A DNA stretch of 64,000 bases from Vicinamibacterales bacterium (GTDB taxonomy: Bacteria; Acidobacteriota; Vicinamibacteria; Vicinamibacterales; UBA8438), in NCBI GenBank assembly GCA_965217045.1, contig CBDCHF010000007.1, forward strand, positions 211,825 to 275,824, in the 5' to 3' direction. Positions 1 to 10,214 of this stretch are shown here, piece after piece. Under the pieces are notes generated by a model, which was given only the letters and a program-made list of their open reading frames with translations, was not told the origin of the DNA and searched no databases. Numbering within the stretch: the stretch's first letter is position 1; every line of letters begins with the position of its first letter. A program made the translations under genes and the position numbers.

Positions 1-1270
1 ACTAGTGTCCCACAGTCTCAGGCCCAAGCGAGCGCGAGTTGCGGACGGGCGCGGTCTGGTGGCGAATGGGTCGTGAAGAGGTCTTCGAGAGGCCGGCGTT
101 CGAAGACGTTGAGTTGAAGCACCTGCAGCATCTGGTTGAGGCTCCAGCACAACCGCAGGACGAACTTGAGGTAGGCCAGCAGCAGGTACATGCAGGTGGC
201 CACCCACAGTTGCGTCAAGACCGCGTTCTTCGACCGGCCCACGAAACGTTTCACTTTCAGATGCTGTTTGATCCACTTGAAGAACAGCTCGATCTGCCAC
301 CGGGACTTGTACAGGTCGGCGATCGTCTTGGCGACCCACGTGGTGTTGTTGGTCACGAACACGTAGCGATTTGTTGTCAGCTGGTCGCGGTAGACGACCC
401 GTCGCAGCCGGTGGGGATAGACCTTGCGGCTGCGGGCGCTGGTCAGTTCGATCGTCTGGTCGCTGAGAATACCGGTCCCGGCTCGGACGTCATGCTCGTG
501 GGTGACCCGGTACCGCACGCCGCGCTTGAGGCGTGTCACGAAGGTGACGCCACGGGCCTGCAACTGGTGAAACCACGCGAAATCGAGATAGGCGCGGTCG
601 GCGACGACCACGCTGCCGGCCTCGAACGTCCACGTGCGGGCCACGGTCACGTCGCCGGTCTTGCCATCGGTGACGCTGACGAAACTCGGCAGGTGGCCGG
701 CTTGGTCCAACCCGACGTGCAGCTTGATCGCGGCCTTCGTGCGGCGGAACGACGCCCACGGGAAAACCGCCAGACACAAGTCGATGGTCGACGCATCGAC
801 CGCATACAGCTTGTGCCTGAAGCGGAAACCGTGGCCCGGCGCCCGTTGCTGGCAACGACTCAGCAGACGGCCGAACAACGCTTCGTAGAGCGTGTAGGGC
901 TGCTCGGCGTTGACCCGCGCGAGCGACGAGCGGCTGACCGTCCCAACGCCCAGGTGATAGAGCTTGGCGGGTTGCGCGCGCAGATTGCTCACGATGTCGC
1001 GCAGGCTCTGCCGGCTGGCCAACTGGCCCAGCCCGAGGGCGACGAACTGCGCCCAGCGGCTCATGACGCGCAAACGCTGCCCGCGCTGATGGCCGCGCGC
1101 CTCGGCGTCGAATTCATGTCGCGGAAGCAACGTCAGAAGTTGCCCGAAGACTGTGTTACGATGGGCCACGGCTTGGATCTCCTGTGTTTTGAATGATTTG
1201 TGGCAAAACCATTCTAACAGACATAGAAGGTTCAAGCCGCCTCAATTAGAAGCTCTGTGGGACAGCAGTG
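1..1270 (-). mobile_element. IS4-family insertion sequence (left end at or just before window start)
   Basis: Terminal IRs (c)ACTAGTGTCCCACAG at 1-15 and CTGTGGGACAGCAGTG at 1255-1270; encloses a DDE transposase. Confidence 0.9.
18..1169 (-). CDS. IS4-family transposase (DUF4372 N-terminus + DDE_Tnp_1)
   Basis: Motifs DASTIDL, KLHVGLD, VADRAY, Y-K-S-RWQIELFFK (YREK); probable GTG start at 1169. Confidence 0.9.
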   Translation of the reverse strand: MAHRNTVFGQLLTLLPRHEFDAEARGHQRGQRLRVMSRWAQFVALGLGQLASRQSLRDIVSNLRAQPAKLYHLGVGTVSRSSLARVNAEQPYTLYEALFGRLLSRCQQRAPGHGFRFRHKLYAVDASTIDLCLAVFPWASFRRTKAAIKLHVGLDQAGHLPSFVSVTDGKTGDVTVARTWTFEAGSVVVADRAYLDFAWFHQLQARGVTFVTRLKRGVRYRVTHEHDVRAGTGILSDQTIELTSARSRKVYPHRLRRVVYRDQLTTNRYVFVTNNTTWVAKTIADLYKSRWQIELFFKWIKQHLKVKRFVGRSKNAVLTQLWVATCMYLLLAYLKFVLRLCWSLNQMLQVLQLNVFERRPLEDLFTTHSPPDRARPQLALAWA

Positions 1271-1503
1271 ACCTGAGAAGCAACTCACCAAAGGACCGAG
1301 GGATCTACGTCATCCTCACCCAGGACGGACTGGTGGTGAAGCGCGCCGTGCTCGACCAGAAAGCCGGCTGGCTCATCATGAGTGACAACCCGGACAAGAA
1401 CAGATTCCCCACACAGCCGTGGGGGGACGACGCGAAGATCATGGGCGAGGTGAAGTGGCACGGGCAGTCGATCAAGGTAACCGCCGTGGTCACGCGAGCG
1501 TGA
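1271..1503 (+). pseudogene. C-terminal S24 peptidase domain of a CI/LexA-like repressor, 5' part removed at the IS4 end
   Basis: GIYVI...LVVKR...MSDNPD...IMGEVKW matches the S24 C-terminus; begins at the IS4 IR. Confidence 0.65.
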
Positions 1504-1519
1504 CCGCGGGCCGTCTCTG

Positions 1520-1650
1520 ACCAACTCCTTCATCATGTCCCCAGCGACCCCGTCAGGGTGAGGTCGCCGGCGCGGGCATCCGGCCGACGTCAACGCACAG
1601 CACGTCGCCGCCGTCCACCCGAGCGCGACGGCGACGCCCGGCAAGCGCAT
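1520..1650 (-). pseudogene. Short Lon protease (S16) C-domain remnant, paralogous to ~2718-2855
   Basis: MRLPGVAVALG...GDMMKE; DNA similar to 2718-2855 (ACTCCTTCATCATGTC, CCAGCGACCCCGTCAGGGTGAGG shared). Confidence 0.6.
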
Positions 1651-1688
1651 GTCGCCGCCCCGGCGTAGGAAAAAACACCGGAGAGACG

Positions 1689-2120
1689 ATGGCAGGAAAA
1701 ACGGCGGCCGAGCGACTGCACGCGCTCTACGTCGACGAGCTGCACCAGTCGCTGCTGCCGCCGGTAGGGCCGATGGTGAACCGGCGGCGGACCGAAGCAC
1801 TGATCCAGCGGGCGCGCACGATCGGCCCGGCGGCGTGCACCGAACCCGACGCGACGACCTGAATCTGGTCGGACCTGCACTTGGGCCACGAGCACTCGCG
1901 CAGCGTCTGCGGAAGACCGTTCCCGACGGCTGCCGCGGCCGACGAGGCGATGATGGAGACCTGGTACAAAGAGGTGGCCGAGGGAGAGACCATCATCTGC
2001 TTGCGCGACGTCACCGTCGACGGCGAAGCCCCGGCACACCACCAGGAATGGTGGCGGCAGGCACTAGGCGCAAAGTGGCTCGTGCTCGGCAATCACGACG
2101 TCGACCCGGTCAACCGCGAG
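1689..2120 (+). pseudogene. Calcineurin-like metallophosphoesterase with premature stop
   Basis: In-frame IWSDLHLGH, ICLRDV (degenerate GD) and VLGNHD motifs; TGA at 1860-1862; truncated after GNHD. Confidence 0.75.
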
Positions 2121-2332
2121 CACCACCGCGCCGCCTCCCGCGGGCACGGTCACCATGTCGTAGACCCGCCACCGGCCGCCCCCATCGGAACGCGCCAGTC
2201 CCGCTGCGAGGCGGGCCGCCTCGGCGACACCGTCGCAGTGGTGGAGCTGCCAGCGGCGCCGGCTCGAACCGATCGGGCGTCGGCCGAGAGCGAAGACGGA
2301 CTTCTCCACGATGTCCCGTCGTTTCCGAACGG

Positions 2333-2905
2333 CTAGAGCCGCACCCGCGCGGGCTCAGGCAGGCGGTCGCCCGCCGCCGGGAGCAGGACCAGATCCAGCA
2401 CGTCGTCGACCCGACGCACGTAGTGCACCGTGACCCGGCGCCGGACGTCGTCACCGACGTCCGTTCGAAGTGCTTCTCGTTCTGCCGAGGCAGCACGGCG
2501 CGGGTCAACCCGCGCCGACACGCACCCACCACCTTCTCCTTGACGCCGGTGAACGACGACACCAGCGCGGCCACCAGCGCCACCCCGGCCGAGGCCCCGT
2601 CCTTGGTCTCCGCGGCCGACTGCGCGTGAACGTGCAGATCGGTCTCACGGAAGACCGCCGCGTCCGGGCCGTACCGCCCGGCGTTGGCCCGGACCCAGGA
2701 CACCGCCGCCCTGACCGACTCCTTCATCATGTCGCCCAGCGACCCCGTCAGGGTGAGGCCGCCGGCGCCGGGCATCCGGCCGACCTCGATGAACAGCACG
2801 TCGCCGCCGTACGGCGTCCGCCCCAGCACGACGGCGACGCCAGGCAGCCGCACGCGATCGGCAACGTCGGCTTCGACGAACGTCGGTGCGCCGAGCGTCT
2901 CGGCG
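2333..2905 (-). pseudogene. Lon protease C-terminal (S16) domain remnant
   Basis: GGDVLFIEV, LTLTGSLGDMMKES, DLHVH, KDGASAG (catalytic Ser), KEKV; internal deletion and frameshift, no ATPase domain. Confidence 0.8.
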
Positions 2906-3049
2906 ACGTCTCGGGCATCACGACGGCCTTCGACTCGTCTCCCTCGGTGCGGCGGCGCGCCACCTCCCGGCACAACATGTCGAGCGCAGACAGCAGAGTC
3001 GACAGCCCCGGTGTCCCAGGCGTAGCCGCGGACCGAAGGACCTGACGGT

Positions 3050-3981
3050 GTGGGGCCAAGGCGGCTGGAGACGCGGCGAGATGGCGCTGTCCGAGTCTCT
3101 GGAACGCACGGAGGGGACGGAGCAGGCCGGGGTGTACCGGGCCGGGAGCGGGCTGTCGATGCTGGCGGCAGGCGTCCGGGGCGGGCTGCCGGGGTGGGCG
3201 GCTTCGCTCTGGCGGTCAAGTCCGACGCGTTCCTGGTGCGGACGGTGTCGGACGCGGTCGTGTCGAGGGGCGCGGGCAACCTCGCGGCTGCCGAGGCGGG
3301 GGTGAGCCGGGTGCGGGCGGCGCTGGAGGGCTCGCGCGAGCTGCGCTTCGCGGGTGGCCGGTCGGTCACGCCGTCGGTCGAGCTGGAAGTGCGTCAGGAC
3401 GGGCGCGACACGGAGACCGGGGCGGGGCCGGACACGGGCTTCGGGGTGGTCTTTGCCGACCCGAACCTCGGGCTGATGGTGGACGCGGCGCTCAGCCTGC
3501 TGGTGGTGCACTAGGACAGCTGCTACGAGGAGTGGGGCTTCACGGGCTTGACAGTGCGCTTCGACCCTGGCCTGTCGGGCCGGGGCTGTCGCTGACGATG
3601 ACGCCGTCGTTCGGCTTGGCGTCGCAGGAGGCGGACCGGCTGTGGGCGATGCAGGACCTAGGCGGCCTGGTTCCGCACGGTGCGCTGCCGTTCGATATGG
3701 GCGGGCAGTTGGCGGCGGGCGTCGGCTACGGGATGGCCGGTCCGGGCGGTCGGGGCACGGGGACGCCGCATGCGGGCCTGACGCAATCGGGCGTGGGCTA
3801 CCGGGCGCTGCGCTACGGGTGGCGGTGGACGGTGGACCAACGGTTCAACGTGGGAGTCGAGGCGGCGCGACCGGACGGCCTCGGCAACGCGTTCGGCCAC
3901 CTCGGTAACGGCGCGACGGGCTTCGGCCGCACGGGCGAGCCGGCGCACTCGGTGCAGGTGCGCGCCGGCGTGACGTTCTGA
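3050..3981 (+). pseudogene. Autotransporter-type beta-barrel C-terminal remnant
   Basis: VSRVRAALEGS, TPSVELEVRQDGRDTETGAG, C-terminal VRAGVTF with terminal Phe; stop at 3512-3514 plus frameshift. Confidence 0.65.
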
Positions 3982-4057
3982 GAACGGCGAGGACCAGCGT
4001 CCCAACCGACCGGCACAGCACCGCCCGCACGGGACGATCGGCGACGCTCGGAGCGCA

Positions 4058-4087
4058 TTGACTCTGGAACGAGGGAGGGCCTACACT
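4058..4087 (+). promoter_or_regulatory. Sigma70-type promoter upstream of the NYN leader RNA
   Basis: TTGACT (4058-4063), 18-bp spacer, TACACT (4082-4087). Confidence 0.65.
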
Positions 4088-4093
4088 GGTCTT

Positions 4094-4170
4094 CTGTTAC
4101 GTCCCCCCGGTGGCATTCCCGCCGGGCGTTATAACCCCAGGGAGCCGGAAACGGCTCCCTGTTTTTTTTT
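4094..4170 (+). ncRNA. Putative ~75-nt structured leader/antitoxin-like RNA
   Basis: Lies between promoter and terminator; hairpin CCCGGTGG/CCGCCGGG (4106-4126) enclosed by GTTA/TAAC, then terminator hairpin. Confidence 0.45.
4138..4170 (+). terminator. Intrinsic terminator directly upstream of the NYN start codon
   Basis: Perfect 10-bp stem CAGGGAGCCG-GAAA-CGGCTCCCTG followed by T9; ATG is 9 nt further on. Confidence 0.85.
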
Positions 4171-4179
4171 GAGGCGGCC

Positions 4180-4785
4180 ATGCGCGTGCGAATCCTCGTG
4201 GATTTCTGGAATCTGCAGCTCGCCTGGAACAGCTTCCACGAGGGGCAGGGCAACGGGCGCCCGCGGATACCGTGGGAGGCCAGATTGCCGGATGTCCTCA
4301 CACGTCAAACGGATGCCGAAGCGATCTACACCGGCTGTCACGTCTACGCGTCAGTCGCGCCGCGCAACCAGGCGGACGCCGGACTCCGCCGCTTCCTCCA
4401 CGCGATGAACGGTTTTCCTGGCTATCGCGTGACCGTCAAGGAGCGAAAACCGCGCGGACCCTACACGTGCCAGCACCCCGATTGCCGCCGACCGTTGGTG
4501 ACGTGCCCGCATTGTCGACGGGCGCTGCAGGGCACGGTCGAGAAAGGCGTGGATACGGCGCTCGCCACGGACCTGATTCAAGGGGCACTCGATGACCTGT
4601 TCGACGCTGCGGTCCTCATCAGCGCCGACGCGGACTTCGTACCCGCGGTGGAACTGGTCCAGAATCGCACCGGCAAGCGGGTGATTCACGCGCACATCCG
4701 GCCGCAAGGGCAGGAACTGCGGAACGCCTGTTGGGCGCATATGTTCGTTGACGATCTGATGGGCGAACTGCTGAACACGACGTGA
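4180..4785 (+). CDS. NYN (LabA/DUF88, PIN-fold) ribonuclease with Zn-ribbon insert
   Basis: ILVDFWN, EKGVDTALATD, ISADADFVP motifs; insert CQHPDC...CPHC. Confidence 0.88.
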   Translation: MRVRILVDFWNLQLAWNSFHEGQGNGRPRIPWEARLPDVLTRQTDAEAIYTGCHVYASVAPRNQADAGLRRFLHAMNGFPGYRVTVKERKPRGPYTCQHPDCRRPLVTCPHCRRALQGTVEKGVDTALATDLIQGALDDLFDAAVLISADADFVPAVELVQNRTGKRVIHAHIRPQGQELRNACWAHMFVDDLMGELLNTT

Positions 4786-4869
4786 GGTGCACCGCCGGGC
4801 CGCGCCAAGCCACGGCCGCAGGCGACAGGACACGGACCGGAGACCAGCAGTACCAGAACGACGGATACG

Positions 4870-4995
4870 GCCGCTGACCGAAACTGACGCCAAGTGGTCA
4901 GCGCACACGAAACCCTCGACACGGCTGTAGTTGCTGCACACGGCCGGCCAGCAGACATCCCCGACGAGGATGCTCTGCCCGAGCTACTCCCACCG
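4870..4995 (+). pseudogene. Extreme C-terminal remnant of an MmeI/YeeA-like type IIL RM enzyme
   Basis: AHETLDTAVVAAHGRPADIPDEDALPELL resembles the AH..LD.AV..AYGW..D...L..LL tail of this family. Confidence 0.5.
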
Positions 4996-5215
4996 ACACG
5001 AGCCGAGCTGGCCGAAAGGGCTTGGGCCCAGAGACGCCTCATCCGTGAGCGGCCATTTTGCCGCTCTGGCAGATCAGTGATCCGAACCCCTCGACTTCAG
5101 CGAGTACACACGCAGGGGACTGGGAGAGCCCGGAAGGCTCCGAATCCCGTGCCACCCGCACGCAGCGGCTGAACGAATTTTCTCGCGGCGGGTCTCGTAC
5201 AAGAAACGCAGGTTC

Positions 5216-6685
5216 CTACGAGGGTCGGCTCGCGTCCGGTTGGAGTGCTTGCTCGAGGCGGGCTGCGTCCGCGACACCGAGGCGAACCAGTTCAGGAAGA
5301 AGCCGATCAACCTGGCTTCGCAAGGACTGACCCGACGTGAGCAGTGTCGGTTCCGTTTGGCGCACCGCATCGATGATCGCGCACACACGGCGCCCGATCC
5401 CGTGTCCAGTCCAGAAATCAGGCAAGTCGGGGAAAGCCGCCAGCCAGCCGGAGGCGGCCGCGAGCAGAAACGAAAGGTGGGCGGGTCGCGGCGCGACCTC
5501 AAGCAAGTTCAGGGTGACGATGGCGACGAAATGCGTCGCGCCTTCGACCGCGCATCGCTCAAGGGCCGGCAAGAACGGTGTCAGCCGCTCGATCAGCGCT
5601 GGCGGGAGGTAAGCCTTGGGCGGCTGCATCCAACCGTAGTCGTTCAAGAACAGCGTCGCGATCGCGGGTCCCAGATGCATCTCCACCCCCGACGACCGCC
5701 GCCTGACCATCCAGCGCCAGCTGTTGCTGGCGCGGACCCGCTCGGCAAGGCGCGCGCGGATGCGAACCGCGGTTGCCGTGTCCAGCCTATGATCGTTGAA
5801 GTGGACGACATCGACCGATCGCTGGAAACGCGTCAGGGCATCGAGGAACGATTCGTCGGGAAGCGATGCCAGAGGCTCCAGCGCGCGGCGATCGATTGCG
5901 GCATCGTCGGCTCCCGCAAGGTCGTGCGCAAGTAGGTCAAGGTACACATCGTTCCATTGATGCGGCTGATACGACAGATCTTCGGACGAATCCAGCCCCG
6001 CGCCGTTCGCCGCCCACGTCCAGTTGGCGCAGGCCCGAAGAGCTGCGGGTAGCCATGCGCGATCGCGTACAGCGTCCGCTCCGCGCAGCCAGACGCCAGC
6101 CGCCTGAGAGTCGAATCTGTCGATTTGGGCGTCGCGATCCGGCGCGTCGGCCGCGCGCCGGTCATGCCGACGGCCCGGAAGCCGGATGCTCCTTCTCGTT
6201 CGTAGACGAACACCAGGGAGGGCGGGCCACGGCGGCTCCGCGCCCCCGTCGTACAGCCAAGCCAGTTCTGCTTCTATGGCGGCATCCACGGCGCGGCGAT
6301 GTTGTTGCACCCGTGCCGCCCGATCTTCGTCGCGCTCGTCCCAGTGACGCGTGGCATGGATCGATGCGCGGAACGCGCAGCGCACAATCGCCCGCGGCAG
6401 CCGGTCATTTGCAGCCCGCACGGCAGACGCCGCTGCAGTGAACCCGTGGGCGGCGGCTGGCCGGCGGACGAGCGCCAGAAGCGCCGCAGCTTCCTCACGC
6501 GCGGCGCCGTCCGCCATCGCATAGGCGATGCCGGCGAACGCGATCGCGGTCGGATTGAATCTCAGGCCCTCGCGCGAACGCGTGACCGGGTTGTCCTCGC
6601 CCTGGGCGGCGGCGCTGAACACGCCCATCGCCCAGGCGCGATAGCGCGTCCGTTGTTCGCCCGTGAGGTCGCGCATCGCAATCAT
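5216..6685 (-). pseudogene. C-terminal ~490 aa of a large helical protein (possibly a STAND/NACHT-type defence ATPase), 5' part lost
   Basis: Long open frame with protein-like composition ending at 5216; joined directly to the IS4 fragment; family assignment tentative. Confidence 0.5.
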
Positions 6686-7142
6686 CTTGAAGAACAGCTC
6701 GATCTGCCACCGGGACTTGTACAGGTCGGCGATCGTCTTGGCGACCCACGTGGTGTTGTTGGTCACGAACACGTAGCGATTTGTTGTCAGCTGGTCGCGG
6801 TAGACGACCCGTCGCAGCCGGTGGGGATAGACCTTGCGGCTGCGGGCGCTGGTCAGTTCGATCGTCTGGTCGCTGAGAATACCGGTCCCGGCTCGGACGT
6901 CATGCTCGTGGGTGACCCGGTACCGCACGCCGCGCTTGAGGCGTGTCACGAAGGTGACGCCACGGGCCTGCAACTGGTGAAACCACGCGAAATCGAGATA
7001 GGCGCGGTCGGCGACGACCACGCTGCCGGCCTCGAACGTCCACGTGCGGGCCACGGTCACGTCGCCGGTCTTGCCATCGGTGACGCTGACGAAACTCGGC
7101 AGGTGGCCGGCTTGGTCCAACCCGACGTGCAGCTTGATCGCG

Positions 7143-8915
7143 GCGGGTTCCGGGGCAGGTGTCAAAGTTTTGACTTGTACAAATTTCGGAACTGTGGCAT
7201 AACCTTGGCGTGAAGGTCGGGGACCGCAATTCGCACGAGAACCTGCAGGCCGAGGTCGAACGGCTCCGCACGGAGTTGACGCGGCGCGAGCGCGACACCA
7301 AGAACCAGCAACGCGAGAACGGTCGCCAGCAGCGTCAGATCGACGGCCTGCAAGGCCAGATCGAGCGTCAGAAGCGGGAGATCGAGCAACTGAGGGGGCA
7401 GTTGGCCGCCGCGCGCCGGGCGGGGTTCCGACAAGCCGCCCCCTTCGCCAAGGACCGACCGCAAGGACGCGGCCGGCGTCCCGGTCGACGGGCTGGTACG
7501 CAGTATGGTCGGAAGGCGTGCCGCCCGCGCCCGGCACGGGTTGACCAGACCCTGGAAGCGCCGGTGCCGACGGCGTGTCCCGACTGCGGCGGGTCGGTCG
7601 AAGTGACCCACGTGGCGTCGCAGTATCAGGAAGAAATCCCCGAAGTGCGCCCGGTCGTGCGCCGCTTCGACATCGAAGTGGGCCGCTGCTCACAGTGTCG
7701 GCGGCGCGTGCAGGGCCGCCACGCGCTGCAGACCTCGGATGCGCTGGGAGCGGCCGGCGCGCAGCTCGGCCCCGGCGTCGTCGCGCTGGTCGTCGAGTTG
7801 CACACGGAGATGGGCGTACCGCTGGCGAAGGTCGCCCATGTGCTGCGGACCACGTTCGGCTTACACGTGACACCGGGCGGCCTCGCCCACCTGCTGCACC
7901 GCACGGCCCGCGACGCCGCGCCGACCTACACGGCGCTGTGCGAGCAGGTCCGCAACTCGCCCACGGTCACACCGGATGAAACCGGGTGGCGCGTCGGTGC
8001 CATCAGCCACTGGCTGTGGGCCTTCGTCACCCCGGAGACGACGGTCTACGCCATTTGCCCCGGCCGCGGGTTCGACGATGCCACCACGGTTCTGGGGGCC
8101 GACTTCGCCGGGGTGCTCGTGCGCGACGGGTGGGTGTCGTATCGCTGCTACCGAGCCGCGCTGCACCAATCCTGTCTGAATCACCTGCTCCGACGATGCA
8201 AGGAACTGCAGGAAGATCATCCGGACAGTCTCTGGGCCGGGCAGGTGCAAGCGGTCTTGCAGACGGGCCTTGCCGTGCGTGACCGCTGCACCGCCGGCGA
8301 GCTGAGCGAGCACGGTCTGGCATCGATCCGCGGCCGACTCGTAGCCCGGCTCGGTCGGCTCATTGACGCACCGCCACCGCTGGACGACGCCGAGCGCTTT
8401 GCCCGGCATCTGGCCACCGAATTCGCTGCCGTGTTTCTCTTCTTGTGGGACCTGTCGATCGACGCCACCAACTGGCGCGCCGAACAGGCCATCCGTCCCG
8501 CCGTCGTTATCCGAAAGGTCTGCGGTGGCAACCGCACCCGCCACGGCGCCGACACCCAGCAGGTGCTCGCCAGCGTCGTGCGCACCGCCCGCCAACGCGA
8601 CCTCGATCTACCTCCGCTGATCGCCACGATGTTGCGCGCCACCGGTCCCGTCGTCCCCGACGCCTTCGGGCTCCCCCCGCCGCCCGCCTGAGGGTGGGCG
8701 AGCATCGCTCCCTCGCGAGACGTGAAGATCGGCAACCCCGAGACGGTCGCTTCAACTGCGACCGACCCAGGCAGGTATCGTCACGCGCAGGGGTGAAGCA
8801 CCAATAGAACCGATGCAGCTCACAGCTCCGTTGCCGTTCGGAACTTCAAGAGTCCCCAACCCATTTCTGCTATTTATGCCCGTATTTGTTGAGGAATCAC
8901 CCGCTAAACGAATAC
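7143..8915 (+). mobile_element. IS66-family element (single-ORF, ISBst12-like), left IR clipped
   Basis: Right end CACCCGCTAAACGAATAC at 8898-8915; only GCGGGT of the matching left IR survives at 7143. Confidence 0.75.
7210..8691 (+). CDS. IS66-family transposase
   Basis: Coiled coil, CPDCG/CSQC zinc finger, DETGW, VRDGW, HQSCLNHLLR, TNWRAEQAIRP. Confidence 0.92.
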   Translation: MKVGDRNSHENLQAEVERLRTELTRRERDTKNQQRENGRQQRQIDGLQGQIERQKREIEQLRGQLAAARRAGFRQAAPFAKDRPQGRGRRPGRRAGTQYGRKACRPRPARVDQTLEAPVPTACPDCGGSVEVTHVASQYQEEIPEVRPVVRRFDIEVGRCSQCRRRVQGRHALQTSDALGAAGAQLGPGVVALVVELHTEMGVPLAKVAHVLRTTFGLHVTPGGLAHLLHRTARDAAPTYTALCEQVRNSPTVTPDETGWRVGAISHWLWAFVTPETTVYAICPGRGFDDATTVLGADFAGVLVRDGWVSYRCYRAALHQSCLNHLLRRCKELQEDHPDSLWAGQVQAVLQTGLAVRDRCTAGELSEHGLASIRGRLVARLGRLIDAPPPLDDAERFARHLATEFAAVFLFLWDLSIDATNWRAEQAIRPAVVIRKVCGGNRTRHGADTQQVLASVVRTARQRDLDLPPLIATMLRATGPVVPDAFGLPPPPA

Positions 8916-9047
8916 GTTGCCCGAAGACTGTGTTACGATGGGCCACGGCTTGGATCTCCTGTGTTTTGAATGATTTGCGGCAAAACCATTCTAACAGACA
9001 TAGAAGGTTCAAGCCGCCTCAATTAGAAGCTCTGTGGGACAGCAGTG

Positions 9048-9753
9048 ACGTGCGCCACACCTGCTCGCCGGTCTCCGGATCGTGGGCGGAGATGAAGCAG
9101 ACGTCGTTCTTGTAGTTCTGGCAGCCGGTCATGCCGGAGACGATGTTGCCGTTCACGACGATCGGCCCGCTGGTGTAGCGGTAGCCCAGCCGGTAGTCGG
9201 CGACGGTGTGATCCCAGACGACCTCGCCGGTGGCCGCGTCGAGGGCCACGATGTGGGCGTCGGACGTATTGACGAAGATCTTGTCGCCGTAGATCGCAAC
9301 CGACCGGGTCCGCATCCCGCTTCCGACCGACTCGAGATACTCGCTCACAGCCTCCAGCTCCCGGCGGTACTCCCAGATGCGGTCCCCGGTCACGGCGTCG
9401 AACGCCTGCACGACGCTGCGGGGACTGGGAACGAACATCATCCCGTCGTGCACCAGCGGCGCCGCCTGGCTGAACCCAAGGCCGATCGACGCGCCCCAGA
9501 CGAGCTGGAGCTGGTCGACGTTCTCCCGGTCGATCTGGTCCAGCGGGCTGTAGCCCCAGCCGTCGAGCGTGCGCCGCCAGTTCAGCCAGTCGGCGGGGTC
9601 GGGGTTCTGGAGCATCGCGTCCGTCACCGGTGTGAGATCGCGCGTCTGGGCGCCGGCCGCGGCGCAGCCGAGAAGCACGAGGAGCGCCGCTCCCGCGGCG
9701 CGGGCGATCTGCTTCGCCAACAGACTCGGAGCCGGTCCGTCCGTCGCGGTCAT
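9048..9753 (-). pseudogene. PQQ-dependent dehydrogenase (beta-propeller) N-terminal third, truncated by IS4
   Basis: Signal peptide, DWLNWRRTLDGWGYSPLDQI, APLVHDG, ALDAATGEVVW; RBS GGGAGG; ends at the IS4 IR. Confidence 0.85.
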
Positions 9754-9794
9754 CGGCAGCCTCCCGGTTGCACGTACCCGACCTTCAATCAAAC

Positions 9795-9913
9795 GGGGCT
9801 GCGCCCCGAACCCCCGGCGTCCGCTTGCGGGGACCCCTTCGCCCCGCGCCGCTCCCGCCGAGGCGCGCTGTGCGCGCCATGCGGAGTCTGCACCGTTCTA
9901 CGGCGCAGACTCC
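9795..9913. repeat. Cluster of GC-rich palindromes (REP-like)
   Basis: GGGGC-TGC-GCCCC, GCGGGG...CCCCGC, GGCGCGC-TGT-GCGCGCC and GGAGTCTGCACCGT-TCT-ACGGCGCAGACTCC hairpins. Confidence 0.45.
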
Positions 9914-9916
9914 TAG

Positions 9917-10074
9917 CAGCCCGTGGTGAAACCCCGCGTCGCACCGAGACGGGCGAGGCGCCCGGCTGACAAGGCGTGACGAGGGAGCATATTGGCCATA
10001 TTCGACCGAGGAACAACGCGGTCAGACGGGATGCATCGCCCATCGAATGCAGCGGGGCCTTTTGCCACGGGCTG
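9917..10074. mobile_element. 158-bp IS1182-type MITE
   Basis: IRs CAGCCCGTGGTGAAA / TTTTGCCACGGGCTG, flanked by CTAG on both sides; ends resemble the IS1182 at 32380-33870. Confidence 0.8.
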
Positions 10075-10214
10075 CTAGCGAGGCTTCGCCTCAGACCACC
10101 GAGCATGTGAATCGGGCGTGATCGCTGCCTCCCATTGAGAAGTGAGATAGCGAAGAAAAAAACGATCAAAACCTGAACTTGACTCAACTGTGAAGATCCC
10201 GGCCGTTCAAGGAA

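Larger units (their letters stand above)
6686..9047 (-). mobile_element. Second, broken copy of the IS4 element interrupted by IS66
   Basis: 6686-7144 matches 276-734; 8916-9047 matches 1139-1270 (one SNP seen) including the IR. Confidence 0.9.

Noticed and set aside
5216-7873. 885-aa ORF looking like a transposase fusion
   Set aside because: Chimera of IS66 antisense, an IS4 internal fragment and a host-gene tail that happen to be in frame; no credible start
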